64,000 nt of DNA, from assembly GCA_913047675.1 (NCBI GenBank), contig CAJWTO010000003.1:6670-70669 (forward strand), in the 5' to 3' direction. The notes beneath the pieces are model-generated. The model saw only the letters and a program-made list of their open reading frames with translations. It had not been told where the DNA came from and did no database searches. Source of the DNA: an uncultured Pseudomonadota bacterium. Its GTDB lineage: Bacteria > Pseudomonadota > Gammaproteobacteria > Ga0077536. This document shows positions 20,716 through 31,093 of the stretch, piece after piece. Within the stretch, counting starts at the first letter, position 1. The number at the start of each line of letters is the position of its first letter. The position numbers and the translations under genes are program-made.

Positions 20716-21792
20716 CTACTCTGATGCCAACGCCAGCAGCTCGGCTTGATGCTCAGATAGGAGATTATTAACAACTTCATCTAACTCACCCTCCATAATT
20801 TGAGATAGCTTATACAACGTCAAGTTAATCCTATGTTCGGTCAATCGACCCTGAGGGAAATTATAAGTCCGAATTCGCTCTGATCTATCCCCACTTCCTA
20901 TAAGCGTTTTTCGAGTTGCGGCTTCTTTCGCTTGATGCTCTTGCGCCTGCTGCGCATTCAATTTAGCAGCCAATACCGATAATGCTTGAGCCTTATTTTT
21001 GTGCTGTGAACGACCCTCCTGACACTCCACAACCAAACCGGTAGGAAGGTGAGTGATTCGTATAGCGGAATCCGTCTTATTAATGTGCTGGCCTCCAGCT
21101 CCAGAGGCTCGATACGTGTCTATCCGAAGTTCACTAGGATTAATTTCAACATCTTTCAGCTGATCTGGTTCAGGCAGAACTGCAACTGTACATGCACTGG
21201 TATGCACTCTACCCTGCGTCTCTGTTTCAGGAACGCGCTGCACTCTATGACCTCCAGACTCAAACTTTAATTGGGCGTAGACATTTTCACCGCTAATTTT
21301 TACTACAACTTCTTTGTATCCACCTAAATAGGATTCATTCTGTGAAAGAACTTCCGTTGACCAATGGCATTTCTCAGCGTATTTCAAATACATCCTAAGC
21401 AAGTCACCGGCAAAAAGTGCCGATTCATCACCACCAGTTCCTGCTCTTATCTCTAAAAATACGTTTCGACTATCATTAAGATCTTTGGGTAATAAAGCTT
21501 TTTGCAACATTCCTTCAAGACAACGCTGCCTCTCTTCGCCTTCGACAATTTCAGATTTAGCCATCTCACTCATATCAGGATCATCAAGTAAATCTTTCGC
21601 TTCCACGATGGACAGATCGATTCGCAAATACTCCTTGTAGTTCACAACGACGCGCTCTAGTTCCGCATGCTCACGGGTCCATCCTGTAAACTTCTCCATA
21701 TCAAGCGTAGCGTTCTCTGAGCTCATTAATGCATTGAGCTCCTCATGCCTTAAAGATAACTTCTCTAATTTATCTAATAATGATTGCTTCAT
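20716..21792 (-). CDS. prfA: Peptide chain release factor 1
   Basis: 358 aa with the GGQ motif ([10 protein letters not shown]) and an RF1-type PxT region ([15 protein letters not shown]). Confidence 0.97.
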   Translation of the reverse strand: MKQSLLDKLEKLSLRHEELNALMSSENATLDMEKFTGWTREHAELERVVVNYKEYLRIDLSIVEAKDLLDDPDMSEMAKSEIVEGEERQRCLEGMLQKALLPKDLNDSRNVFLEIRAGTGGDESALFAGDLLRMYLKYAEKCHWSTEVLSQNESYLGGYKEVVVKISGENVYAQLKFESGGHRVQRVPETETQGRVHTSACTVAVLPEPDQLKDVEINPSELRIDTYRASGAGGQHINKTDSAIRITHLPTGLVVECQEGRSQHKNKAQALSVLAAKLNAQQAQEHQAKEAATRKTLIGSGDRSERIRTYNFPQGRLTEHRINLTLYKLSQIMEGELDEVVNNLLSEHQAELLALASE

Positions 21793-21795
21793 GCT

Positions 21796-23061
21796 CTAAT
21801 TTTTATTTAAGCCGTAAAGCCTTTCCAAAGCCTCTGAAAGACTCAATTTTTCACCTGTTGAATCATTGTTCAATGCGCGACTAGGCTCGTCCATAAATTT
21901 ATTTGAAATCGCTCTCGACAGAACCTTAACCACTTCCTCGGGCCTTTCTCCTTTGGCAATTGAAGAAAGCGCTTTTTCCAACTCGATTTGGACAATTAAT
22001 TCACCACGCTTTCTAAACTTCTTAATAACAGGGATTCTTTTTTTCCGATCAAGCTGCGATTTAAATTGAACTAGCCTTTCTACAATTATTTTTTCAGCTT
22101 CACGCGCTGCACCCTCTCGATTCCGCATACCATCGTTAACGATCTCCCCAAGGTCATCAACAGTGTAAAGAAAGACATCCTCTAATTCAGAAGCCTCAAG
22201 CTCAATATCACGTGGTACCGCAAGATCAATCAAAAGAATTGGTTTATGTCGCCTCGCCTCAATCGCCTTTTCTATCGCTCTCTTCCCAAGAACAGGTATC
22301 GGACTACCTGTACAACTCAAAACGATATCGAATTTCTCCAGCTTATGAGCGACGTCACTTAGAGGAAAATAGTCTCCGCTCAATGTTTCCGCTAGATCTT
22401 TGGCACGACTCAAGGTTCGATTTGAACATGATATGTTCTGAATACCATAAGATACAAAGTATTCAGCACATATACGATTCATCTCCCCAGCGCCAACAAA
22501 CAGAACATTTACGTTCGACAGCGAGCCAAAAATACGCTCGCCAACTTTCACGGAGGCGGCTGCAAGTGATACCGAATGAGCTCCAACGTCTGTTTCCGTC
22601 CTTACAAATTTTGCCACTGAAAAACTAGCGTCGAATAATTGCCGAAGCCTGGGCCCAAGAGCCCCTATCGAATCTGCCTTGCGGACTGCATTTTTTAATT
22701 GACCGAAAATTTGTGTCTCACCGAGCACCATGGAATCAAGTCCCGACGCTACACGAAAAGCATGTTGGACAACTGATTCTCCCACAAATTTATAAAGAAC
22801 TGCGGAGAGCTCATCCTGACTGAAGCCACGGAGCTGAGCAAACCATGAAACTATCTCCTCAAAATTAGAGGCATAGCTGTATATTTCTGTTCGATTACAA
22901 GTTGATAGGATAACCGACTCACTAATCGACTCTGACATTAGTAAGCTTTTTAAAGCCAACTCTGTCTCATGGTCACCTATAGCTAGCTTCTCCCGTAACT
23001 CAAGAGGACATGTGTCATGGTTAAAACCGACGGAATAATATCTTTGTTCCTGAACTGTCAA
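21796..23061 (-). CDS. hemA: Glutamyl-tRNA reductase HemA
   Basis: 421 aa with the active-site region LSTCNRTEIY and the NADPH-binding motif VGAGEM. hemA-prfA-prmC synteny. Confidence 0.95.
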   Translation of the reverse strand: MTVQEQRYYSVGFNHDTCPLELREKLAIGDHETELALKSLLMSESISESVILSTCNRTEIYSYASNFEEIVSWFAQLRGFSQDELSAVLYKFVGESVVQHAFRVASGLDSMVLGETQIFGQLKNAVRKADSIGALGPRLRQLFDASFSVAKFVRTETDVGAHSVSLAAASVKVGERIFGSLSNVNVLFVGAGEMNRICAEYFVSYGIQNISCSNRTLSRAKDLAETLSGDYFPLSDVAHKLEKFDIVLSCTGSPIPVLGKRAIEKAIEARRHKPILLIDLAVPRDIELEASELEDVFLYTVDDLGEIVNDGMRNREGAAREAEKIIVERLVQFKSQLDRKKRIPVIKKFRKRGELIVQIELEKALSSIAKGERPEEVVKVLSRAISNKFMDEPSRALNNDSTGEKLSLSEALERLYGLNKN

Positions 23062-23155
23062 TTTAGATTAATATGTTAAATTAATAAGTTGAGGGGCCAC
23101 ACTCATCTTGAATGCGGCAGTAACTAGGGATTTAGCTAAGATCAGGACACTCACG

Positions 23156-23650
23156 CTAACCTCGCTTTATAGCTGCAAGCGGCACGGAAAGCTTAGTGGG
23201 TTTGTTAAGAAGATCAAACAACAAAATGACGCGCTTATTCCCGTCTGACTCTTTGTATATAGCCCGAATGTCCTTAAACACCCCATGCGTAAAAACCACT
23301 TCTTCGCCGGTTTGATAAAGACTAACCGGCTGAGATGATAGGGCTCTTTGAGACTGTTCGATTTTTTTTAATGTTTGATCATCTACCTCAGCAAGCTTAC
23401 CTCCAAACTTCACGACCTGCGACACCCCTCTTACATTTCTCAAGGTGTGCATCACCTTTTGAAAAATGCGGGCTTCATCTCTAACAAAAATATACCGTGG
23501 GAATAGACATTCAAAATTGACTGTCATAGTTCCCTGCCGTATTTTTTCAATTGGCCTCAAAGGACATGAGACCTGAAGCCCCATACTTTCAAGATTTTCT
23601 TTTGCTCTAATTTCCTGTCGCGGTTTCGTATAAATAACAACCCAAGACAC
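23156..23650 (-). CDS. rfaH: RfaH-like NusG-paralogue transcription antiterminator
   Basis: 164 aa. NGN domain: WVVIYTKPRQEIRAKENLESMGLQVSCPL...LFPRYIFVR. KOW-like C-terminus: GEEVVFTHGVFKDIRAIYKESDGNKRVILLFDLLNKPTKLSV. Both run colinear by eye with E. coli RfaH. An ops element lies in the adjacent locus leader. Confidence 0.8.
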   Translation of the reverse strand: MSWVVIYTKPRQEIRAKENLESMGLQVSCPLRPIEKIRQGTMTVNFECLFPRYIFVRDEARIFQKVMHTLRNVRGVSQVVKFGGKLAEVDDQTLKKIEQSQRALSSQPVSLYQTGEEVVFTHGVFKDIRAIYKESDGNKRVILLFDLLNKPTKLSVPLAAIKRG

Positions 23651-23770
23651 AGCCTCCCCTCCAATTATGGCCCTTCAAGAGTGATGAAGTTTAAACCTAA
23701 ACTAACCAATAGGTTAAGTCACAAATGTTAACATGTCTTTGTAATCGAGCTTTAATCGGCTACTGTTGGA

Positions 23771-25684
23771 TTACGCCTTTTCCTCAGCGTAAACCCAATC
23801 AACTATGTCAGCACTCGGGGTATAACCGGGAACGAGTCTTTCCATAATCAGCCTAATTGCCCCCACGTCGTTTATGTTTAATGCCATTTCAAGAGTTTGC
23901 AACTCATCCTCTAAACTATTCCATTCAATAAATTGTTCTCTGGATTTCATTATTCTTGGATGCGACGTAGGTTGAGGCTCTCCACCAATAAGGAGTTCTT
24001 CATAAAGTTTCTCTCCAGGCCGCAACCCAATAATCTCAATTTCAATATCACCGGCTGGATTGCGTTCATCTTTGAGCGTAAGGCCCGCCAATTCTGTCAT
24101 TCTACGAGCCAACTCATAAATCTTCACTGGTTGTCCCATATCAAGGACAAATACATCCCCTCTAGTCATCATAGCCCCGGATTGAATAACAAGCTGAGAT
24201 GCCTCCGAAATTGTCATAAAGTAACGTGTAATATCACGATGCGTAACCGTAATTGGCCCTCCACTGCGAATTTGCTGTCTAAACTTGGGAACAACTGAAC
24301 CAGAGGAACCTAACACGTTACCAAACCGCACCATACTAAATTTAGTATTCACATCGGTAATGGCTAGCGCTTGTAGAACCATTTCTGATAACCTTTTGCT
24401 CGCACCCATAATGTTAGTAGGGCGCACAGCTTTATCGGTACTTATTAGGACGAAGTCAGCAACGCCGTACTCGGCAGCTGCCATAGCCGTTGTCAATGTG
24501 CCAAACACATTATTCTTGATCCCCTCTGCCATATTGTGCTCTACCATCGGTACGTGCTTATATGCAGCAGTATGATAAACAGTAGCCGGGCGCCACGTTG
24601 ACATAATCTCAAGCATCCTCTCATCGTCCTTAACAGATCCCAGTAGGGGGATTAAAACGACATCTTTATCTGGAAACTTATCCAACAAATCTTGATGAAT
24701 AGCGTAGAGCGCATATTCACTTTGATCGACCATCAGAAGCTTAGTGGGACCGACAATCATGATTTGACGGCAAAGCTCACTTCCTATGGAGCCTCCAGCT
24801 CCTGTCACCATAACTACTTTATTTCTAGTACACATCGCTAACAAAATATGATTAGGCGTCACCGTTTCACGACCCAGAAGATCGTCAATATCTAGGTCGC
24901 GAAGATCAGAAATGCTCACTTTACCTTTGACCAAATCCGACATGCTAGGCAAAGTTCTAACAGCTACTCGCGCCGACCGAATTTGTGTCAATATTTGGTT
25001 GCGACGTGTCCGAGCGAGATTTGGCATCGCAAGTAACACAACACTAACATTAAGAGAAGTAACTAAATTATCGAGATCACTAGAGCTGTAAATTGGTTGT
25101 CCATTGAGGAGATGGCCACACAATCGGCTATCGTCATCCAAAAAACCAACCACTTGCATCTCGGGACTATTTACTATAGCTCCAACTAAGTCCCGACCAG
25201 AATTACCTGCACCATATATCAAAACTCTCGGCCGAGCGGCTTGCTTTAAGATCCTGTTGTAATCATCACCTAACCAAAAGCGAGCAAGAGCTCGAGATGC
25301 TCCTATGAAGAGTAAAAGCAGGACGGGTTGAATAATCCCAACCGTGCGAGGCACCCCCTGAACACCAATAGCTGTAAAAACAGCCATATAAAGAAACCCA
25401 TAAATGACAATTGCTCGAGCAACAGCCAGTAAAGCAGGCCAACCGCTATACCTAAATATTGCTCGATATAAACCGCTAATAACAAAAATTGGTAATGCAA
25501 TTAAGACGGACGCTATTACCCCGACAATAGCATTACCTGAAAGCTGAATGAATTCTCCAAGTCGAAGATATAGAGCCAACCAGACCGTCAGAACGCAAAG
25601 TGCAATATCTACTGATGCCACGATAATACTCTTAGCCCAGCGGGGAAGGCCCAGCACCGGTAATACGAATTTTTTTAAATTCAT
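23771..25684 (-). CDS. Membrane-bound UDP-HexNAc 4,6-dehydratase (PglF/WbpM/CapD family)
   Basis: 637 aa with about 4 N-terminal TM helices, an SDR domain (VTGAGGSIGSEL) and VRFGNVLGSSGSV. It is paired with a PglC-type priming transferase. Confidence 0.88.
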   Translation of the reverse strand: MNLKKFVLPVLGLPRWAKSIIVASVDIALCVLTVWLALYLRLGEFIQLSGNAIVGVIASVLIALPIFVISGLYRAIFRYSGWPALLAVARAIVIYGFLYMAVFTAIGVQGVPRTVGIIQPVLLLLFIGASRALARFWLGDDYNRILKQAARPRVLIYGAGNSGRDLVGAIVNSPEMQVVGFLDDDSRLCGHLLNGQPIYSSSDLDNLVTSLNVSVVLLAMPNLARTRRNQILTQIRSARVAVRTLPSMSDLVKGKVSISDLRDLDIDDLLGRETVTPNHILLAMCTRNKVVMVTGAGGSIGSELCRQIMIVGPTKLLMVDQSEYALYAIHQDLLDKFPDKDVVLIPLLGSVKDDERMLEIMSTWRPATVYHTAAYKHVPMVEHNMAEGIKNNVFGTLTTAMAAAEYGVADFVLISTDKAVRPTNIMGASKRLSEMVLQALAITDVNTKFSMVRFGNVLGSSGSVVPKFRQQIRSGGPITVTHRDITRYFMTISEASQLVIQSGAMMTRGDVFVLDMGQPVKIYELARRMTELAGLTLKDERNPAGDIEIEIIGLRPGEKLYEELLIGGEPQPTSHPRIMKSREQFIEWNSLEDELQTLEMALNINDVGAIRLIMERLVPGYTPSADIVDWVYAEEKA

Positions 25685-25705
25685 TTTTTTTCTGAGTGGT
25701 TAACT

Positions 25706-26269
25706 TTAATGAGAAACCCCATCTCTTCTAAATACTTTTAATAACGTCAGCCACATTATCTTTAAATCAAAAACCAAAGAGTGACGCTGAAGATATTCAT
25801 AATCGAGCTCAACTTTTTTAGCTATTGGTAGTTCATCGCGACCATTAACTTGAGCCCAACCGGTTAGTCCAGGCAAAACGGTATCTAAACCGAATTGAGT
25901 GCGAAGCTCAATAAGCTCAGTCTGATTGAATAATGCTGGACGTGGGCCCACAAAACTCATATCTCCTTTTAAGATACTCCATAGCTGTGGTAATTCATCG
26001 AGACTAGATTTCCTAATAAAACCACCAATCGGAGTTAACCATTTGTCTGGATTTTGCAGCATATGCGTGGCAATAATAGGCGCATCTGATTTCAGAGTGC
26101 GAAATTTTGGCATTTTAAACAATTTATTTTCGCGCCCAACACGGTCAGACCAATAAAGCACGGATGCTTTCTTATAGGATAATTTTACTGCTAATCCTAT
26201 CAATACTATTCCTGGGAAAAGCAATAAGCATAAATTTAAAGCTAATATGACATCTAATAATCGCTTCAT
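25706..26269 (-). CDS. Small (PglC/WbaP-C-type) undecaprenyl-phosphate sugar-phosphate transferase, priming enzyme
   Basis: 187 aa with one N-terminal re-entrant helix and the motifs KFRTL, DELPQLWSILKGDMSFVGPRP and GLTGWAQVNGRDE. Confidence 0.88.
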   Translation of the reverse strand: MKRLLDVILALNLCLLLFPGIVLIGLAVKLSYKKASVLYWSDRVGRENKLFKMPKFRTLKSDAPIIATHMLQNPDKWLTPIGGFIRKSSLDELPQLWSILKGDMSFVGPRPALFNQTELIELRTQFGLDTVLPGLTGWAQVNGRDELPIAKKVELDYEYLQRHSLVFDLKIMWLTLLKVFRRDGVSH

Positions 26270-27429
26270 TAGGAACTCATAAGTCCACGAAGTGAAATTT
26301 CCTCTTCGATTTTATCTAGCTGCAAGGCCACAACCTGCCGCTCATCATAAACCCGAAGAGCACGTTTGCGGCCTGCCTCCCCAAGAAGTCTTCCCCAATC
26401 TAAGTTTAATAAAAATCGTTCGATAGCCTTAGAAATAGCCTCGGAAGATCGCACAGGCACGATTAAGCCAGTTTCCTCCTGAACTACCTCCTCGCGAGAT
26501 CCCCGAATATCAGTCGCCAAAACTGGTTTACCAATCACCATTGCCTCTATGATCGTACGTGGCATACCCTCCCGCCAGGATGGAAGACAAAACAGGTCCA
26601 TAACAGACAAAAGGCTTGGAATGTCGTCACGCATTCCAAGAGAAACCAATCGGTCACCTAGAACATCACGTGCGGCCGCCAGTTCTAGCTCCACGCCCCT
26701 CTCATGATCACTAGCTAAACGCTCGCCAACTAAAAGAATCCATAAATCAGGGAAACGATCCGCCAAACTAGTTACCGCCGCTAAAAATTCAACTAGTCCT
26801 TTTTCCCGTATATGACGACCAATAAATCCAACAACAAAAGCATTTTTTGGAATACCCAAAAGAGACCTTATCGCTTCAGTTGAATCTACTTTATCAGGCG
26901 AAAATCGCTCGACGTCAACTCCGTTTCCAATTTTTAGTATACGATCACGAGTAGATATACGTTCCAAAGCAGCTACCTCCGCATCCTCAGCGCTTTGACA
27001 AAATAACAAATGAGTAAAATGTCCTCCCAAGCGTTCTAGAAACACATATATCGATCGTTTCCATTTCGGCATTTCGTCATGAAAATAAAATCCATGCGCT
27101 GTGTACACCACAAAAGGTATACCACACAGCCAAGCAGCAATACGTCCAATCAAAGCGGCGACTGGGGTATGTACATGTAATACATCAAACCGTTCACGGC
27201 GAAAAAGTCGAATTAGAGCGAACAAAGACTTAAGCCCAGACAAAGGATTACGATTGCGAGAGATCTCCACTGACTCAATACGATAACCTTGGCTCCGTAA
27301 TTCAAAAGTATAAAGCCCACTGGAACAAACAGATATCACCTCCCAACCCCGCGATTCCATTCCGTCAATCAAAGGCAGTAAAAAATATTTTAAAGTAAAA
27401 TCGACTGAACATAGCTGACAGACTTTCAA
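26269..27429 (-). CDS. Glycosyltransferase family 4 (GT-B)
   Basis: 386 aa with the C-terminal E-x7-E motif (REGMPRTIIEAMVIGKPVLATDIRGSREEV). Confidence 0.85.
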   Translation of the reverse strand: MKVCQLCSVDFTLKYFLLPLIDGMESRGWEVISVCSSGLYTFELRSQGYRIESVEISRNRNPLSGLKSLFALIRLFRRERFDVLHVHTPVAALIGRIAAWLCGIPFVVYTAHGFYFHDEMPKWKRSIYVFLERLGGHFTHLLFCQSAEDAEVAALERISTRDRILKIGNGVDVERFSPDKVDSTEAIRSLLGIPKNAFVVGFIGRHIREKGLVEFLAAVTSLADRFPDLWILLVGERLASDHERGVELELAAARDVLGDRLVSLGMRDDIPSLLSVMDLFCLPSWREGMPRTIIEAMVIGKPVLATDIRGSREEVVQEETGLIVPVRSSEAISKAIERFLLNLDWGRLLGEAGRKRALRVYDERQVVALQLDKIEEEISLRGLMSS

Positions 27430-27531
27430 AGCCTTTCTCCTCGTTTGAGAAACCGTAATAATCGTATCATGTAGATATACTACGTAGTGGTGCTTTACTT
27501 CTACCGAACCGCCATAATTTAGTGCTTAAAC

Positions 27532-29481
27532 TTACGACCTCCATCGCTCTAACCACGCTTGAAACATCAACACATTCCATAAAAAGTGTTGCCAATTTCG
27601 ACGCCCCGTCACGTGCTCTTTCCACCTCCGGCGAATCGGCTCAGCATGAAGAAACCCCTCTTCTCGGATACGTGACTCAGAAAGATGGTGCTCCGCCCAT
27701 TCACGCAATGGACCACGCAACCATTCGCCTAATGGAACGCCAAAACCTTGCTTTGGTCTTTCAATGAGTTTTTTTGGCACGTGTTTGTATAGTAACTGTC
27801 GCAATAGCCACTTACTCGAACCATCACGTATTTTCATATTCGCAGGTAAGCGCCATGCAAATTCGGCTACTCGGTGGTCAAGAAATGGGGTGCGAGTTTC
27901 AAGGCTAGCAGCCATTGCAGCACGATCAACCTTGCACAGAATATCGTCGGTGAGATAACCTAAGACGTCTCTAAACATCATTTTTTTTTCACTCTGATCA
28001 ATACATTTTAATTCACGCATTTCTTGCTTTACCCAGAGATGTTCATCTAGCGGTTCAGTTGTCGTATTAATGACAATAGATCCGGGGTCGACTTCCTGCG
28101 ATATTAATCGCGTATACAATTCGTCTAAATCTCTTACTGTTAAGACACTTGCTAACTTGTGTAATCGATCGCCGAACATTGGTTGAGCAAACCTACGAGG
28201 AACTATATGACCGAAGAGATTCCAAGTAGAGGGGCTTACTGCTTTAATCCTTTGGCTTACGATTTGCCTAAGCACAAGAGGCAACATACTCAAGAGCCTG
28301 AACAATGGTGGACCTACCACATGGCGATTATAACCTCCAAACAACTCATCAGCTCCGTCACCAGTTAGGCTGACAGTAACATCAGAACGCGCTAACGCAG
28401 CAATAAGATAAGTGGGGATTTGCGAAGAATCACCGAAGGGCTCATCATAAATGTCAGGTAGCTTTGGAATTACCCCGAACGCATCAGCACCCGAAACATA
28501 TAGTTCTGAATGGTCGGTTCCTAAGTGGTTAGCGACCGCCTTAGCATACTCCGCCTCGTTGTAACCTGTTTCAGAAAAGCCAATTGAAAAAGTCTTAACT
28601 GGTATTGCAGTTTGACGCTGCATCAAGGCTACAACCGTGGAGGAGTCCACGCCTCCTGACAAAAACGCTCCAAGGGGCACGTCTGCTACCATTTGTCCGG
28701 ATATTGCATCGCCTAGCCTAAATTCTAGCTCTTCCACTGCCGACGTATCATCTACCTCATGATCTTCAACGAGTTTCATAAACTCAGTTGCTCGCCAAAA
28801 AAACGTTGGCTCTGGCAACTCGCCAATAGCAATATCAAGCGGCAAAGTGAGGAAAGTTCCAGGTGGTAATTTTGATATTCCCTGCCATATTGACAAAGGG
28901 ACTGGGACATAACCGTACTGTGTGTAAAGACTCAGTGCATCTCTGTCAATCATTCCCTGCCACTCCGGGTGAACGGCCAATGACTTCAACTCGGAACCAA
29001 AGAGAAAACTTCCTCCTTGCCAACCATAAAAAAGCGGCTTCTCACCAAAACGATCACGGGCTAATGTCAATTCCTTACTTTGTCTATCCCAAAGTGCAAT
29101 AGCAAACATACCAATAGTCTGCTTTAAGGTTCGCAAAACACCCCAAGCTTGAAACGCTGCCAATAAAGTTTCTGTATCAGATAATCCTCGCCAAGACTCT
29201 TTATCAAGCTGGTCGCGTATGTCTCGATGGTTATATATTTCCCCATTGAAGATCATTACGTATCTACCGCAGTCTGACACCATTGGCTGGTCAGCATTAG
29301 CAGACAAATCCACTACAGATAAACGACGGTGCCCTAAAGCTAAATCAGATCCCTCAGTCCACACCCCCTCCCGATCTGGGCCTCGATGGGTCAAAGTAGT
29401 TACCATCGATTGGGCTATTGTTTTAGAATCCAACGTCTGCGACAGTAATGTCGAGTTCAAAAATCCCGTTATTCCACACAT
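27532..29481 (-). CDS. Asparagine synthase (glutamine-hydrolysing) family amidotransferase, copy 1 (WbpS-like)
   Basis: 649 aa with the Ntn nucleophile MCGITG and the PP-loop FLSGGVDSS. Confidence 0.88.
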   Translation of the reverse strand: MCGITGFLNSTLLSQTLDSKTIAQSMVTTLTHRGPDREGVWTEGSDLALGHRRLSVVDLSANADQPMVSDCGRYVMIFNGEIYNHRDIRDQLDKESWRGLSDTETLLAAFQAWGVLRTLKQTIGMFAIALWDRQSKELTLARDRFGEKPLFYGWQGGSFLFGSELKSLAVHPEWQGMIDRDALSLYTQYGYVPVPLSIWQGISKLPPGTFLTLPLDIAIGELPEPTFFWRATEFMKLVEDHEVDDTSAVEELEFRLGDAISGQMVADVPLGAFLSGGVDSSTVVALMQRQTAIPVKTFSIGFSETGYNEAEYAKAVANHLGTDHSELYVSGADAFGVIPKLPDIYDEPFGDSSQIPTYLIAALARSDVTVSLTGDGADELFGGYNRHVVGPPLFRLLSMLPLVLRQIVSQRIKAVSPSTWNLFGHIVPRRFAQPMFGDRLHKLASVLTVRDLDELYTRLISQEVDPGSIVINTTTEPLDEHLWVKQEMRELKCIDQSEKKMMFRDVLGYLTDDILCKVDRAAMAASLETRTPFLDHRVAEFAWRLPANMKIRDGSSKWLLRQLLYKHVPKKLIERPKQGFGVPLGEWLRGPLREWAEHHLSESRIREEGFLHAEPIRRRWKEHVTGRRNWQHFLWNVLMFQAWLERWRS

Positions 29482-30329
29482 TGTGATCTGCGTGATTCCC
29501 GTTGTGAGTGAGAGAGCTTACCTAGTTTCCGAAAGAGCCAATTAAATATTTTTGAGGGTAATGCGACTTCTAAGCCCAACCAAAAAAAGTATGCCATTAA
29601 AGGATAAGTAGCAGCCCGATTACGCCACTTCAACCACAACTCAAATAGACTTGAAAAACCATATAAGGACGTATGTTTATATCTGATTTCTCTCCACAAC
29701 TCAGCATGCAATTTGTTGGAGCGAGATAACAACATACCAGTGCTCATGACCCGATAGTGAAATAACGGCAGCGGAACTACAATTCCATGATGCCCAAAAG
29801 ATCCTAGCCGTATATTAAACTCCCAATCCTCGTAACCTCGCGACATCGACTCGTCATACCCTCCAATCTCAGACCAAACTGAGCGACGCAACAACAAGCA
29901 GTAAGGCATCTGATTTAAAAACAATTGCTCAAAAAAATTATAATTTTTCTTTAAAACCCCTTTTTTCTCACCTTCTAATGTAATGTGGCTAAAAGCAAAG
30001 GATGCATGCGGACTCTCCTCTAGCGCAATGAGAAGATGTGAAAGAGTTTCTGGTTCGATCCAGTCATCGGCATCTAAAGGCAAAATATACTCTCCCCTTG
30101 CTTCAGAGAAGCCGACATTACGTGCTGCAGGTAAACCACAATTCTCCTGACGAATTATACGAACTCCGTTTAGACATTTAATACACTCAATAGTTAATTC
30201 ATCAGTCGAACCATCATCTACAACAATAATTTCTATATTTGTATAAGTCTGGGCCTTCACAGATTCGATGGTCTGAGGCAACGTGACGCCACTATTAAAA
30301 CAAGGAATGACTACAGTAACAAGCTTCAC
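29469..30329 (-). CDS. Glycosyltransferase family 2
   Basis: 286 aa with VTVVIPCFNSG...IIVVDDGSTD and the DxD motif (PLDADDW). Confidence 0.85.
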   Translation of the reverse strand: MKLVTVVIPCFNSGVTLPQTIESVKAQTYTNIEIIVVDDGSTDELTIECIKCLNGVRIIRQENCGLPAARNVGFSEARGEYILPLDADDWIEPETLSHLLIALEESPHASFAFSHITLEGEKKGVLKKNYNFFEQLFLNQMPYCLLLRRSVWSEIGGYDESMSRGYEDWEFNIRLGSFGHHGIVVPLPLFHYRVMSTGMLLSRSNKLHAELWREIRYKHTSLYGFSSLFELWLKWRNRAATYPLMAYFFWLGLEVALPSKIFNWLFRKLGKLSHSQRESRRSQCVE

Positions 30330-31093
30330 CTCATATGCTCCTTGCTTCTACAATCAGCCCAAATCTCTCCCCATAATGTCTGCATTTCAACGAAATCCAA
30401 ACCAGATTGAAAAATTTCTTCTCGAAACTCTCGCGTAGTATGTTCGATTCGATGATCAAGGTCTGACCGAAAATCTATCCCTAGCTCACGACGCAAAGCC
30501 ATCTGCCAATTGCGTTCGAACATTGGCACCCGAATCAAATAACGCTTAGCTCTCGTATTTAAAGACAAGGCCTTCAAGAAAATCACTCGCTCATCAATGT
30601 GCTCTAACACATTCGATAGGATCACTACATCCCAATCGCCAGCTGGCACCTCTCGCGTAGCGTCTCCGTAAACAAATTTTAAATTTGAAAGATTCTCAAA
30701 ATCTCTCGCCTTAGCAAGACGTGTCGAATCATGATCGATCCCAACGACATTGGAATCAGGATGAGCCCGGGCAATGCTACGAGATACTGCACCGTAACCG
30801 CAACCCACATCAAGCACAGATTCCGCTTGCTTAATTCGATCAATGAAAAACTGATGATAATCTGTTAGACGATGCTTAGGATGCTCACCCTTTCCATAAA
30901 CCATCGCGCGCTCATTAATTATCCAGTCAATTTTATCCCGCAACGACATTAAACGAGTAAGTCCAACGGAGGAAGAACGGTGTCTGGACTCAAGAATTAA
31001 CATACCGCTGAAAAAAGCCAGTCTGACGCGATTGGGAAGCAATTGCCAGAAAAAAGCTAAAAAGTTAGCTAGGATTAATAAACCTTTTCTCAT
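30326..31093 (-). CDS. Class I SAM-dependent methyltransferase
   Basis: VLDVGCGYGAVS and VILSNVLEHID motifs. The track ORF runs to 31144. The Met at 31093 forms a TAATG stop/start overlap with the upstream gene. Confidence 0.8.
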   Translation of the reverse strand: MRKGLLILANFLAFFWQLLPNRVRLAFFSGMLILESRHRSSSVGLTRLMSLRDKIDWIINERAMVYGKGEHPKHRLTDYHQFFIDRIKQAESVLDVGCGYGAVSRSIARAHPDSNVVGIDHDSTRLAKARDFENLSNLKFVYGDATREVPAGDWDVVILSNVLEHIDERVIFLKALSLNTRAKRYLIRVPMFERNWQMALRRELGIDFRSDLDHRIEHTTREFREEIFQSGLDFVEMQTLWGEIWADCRSKEHMR

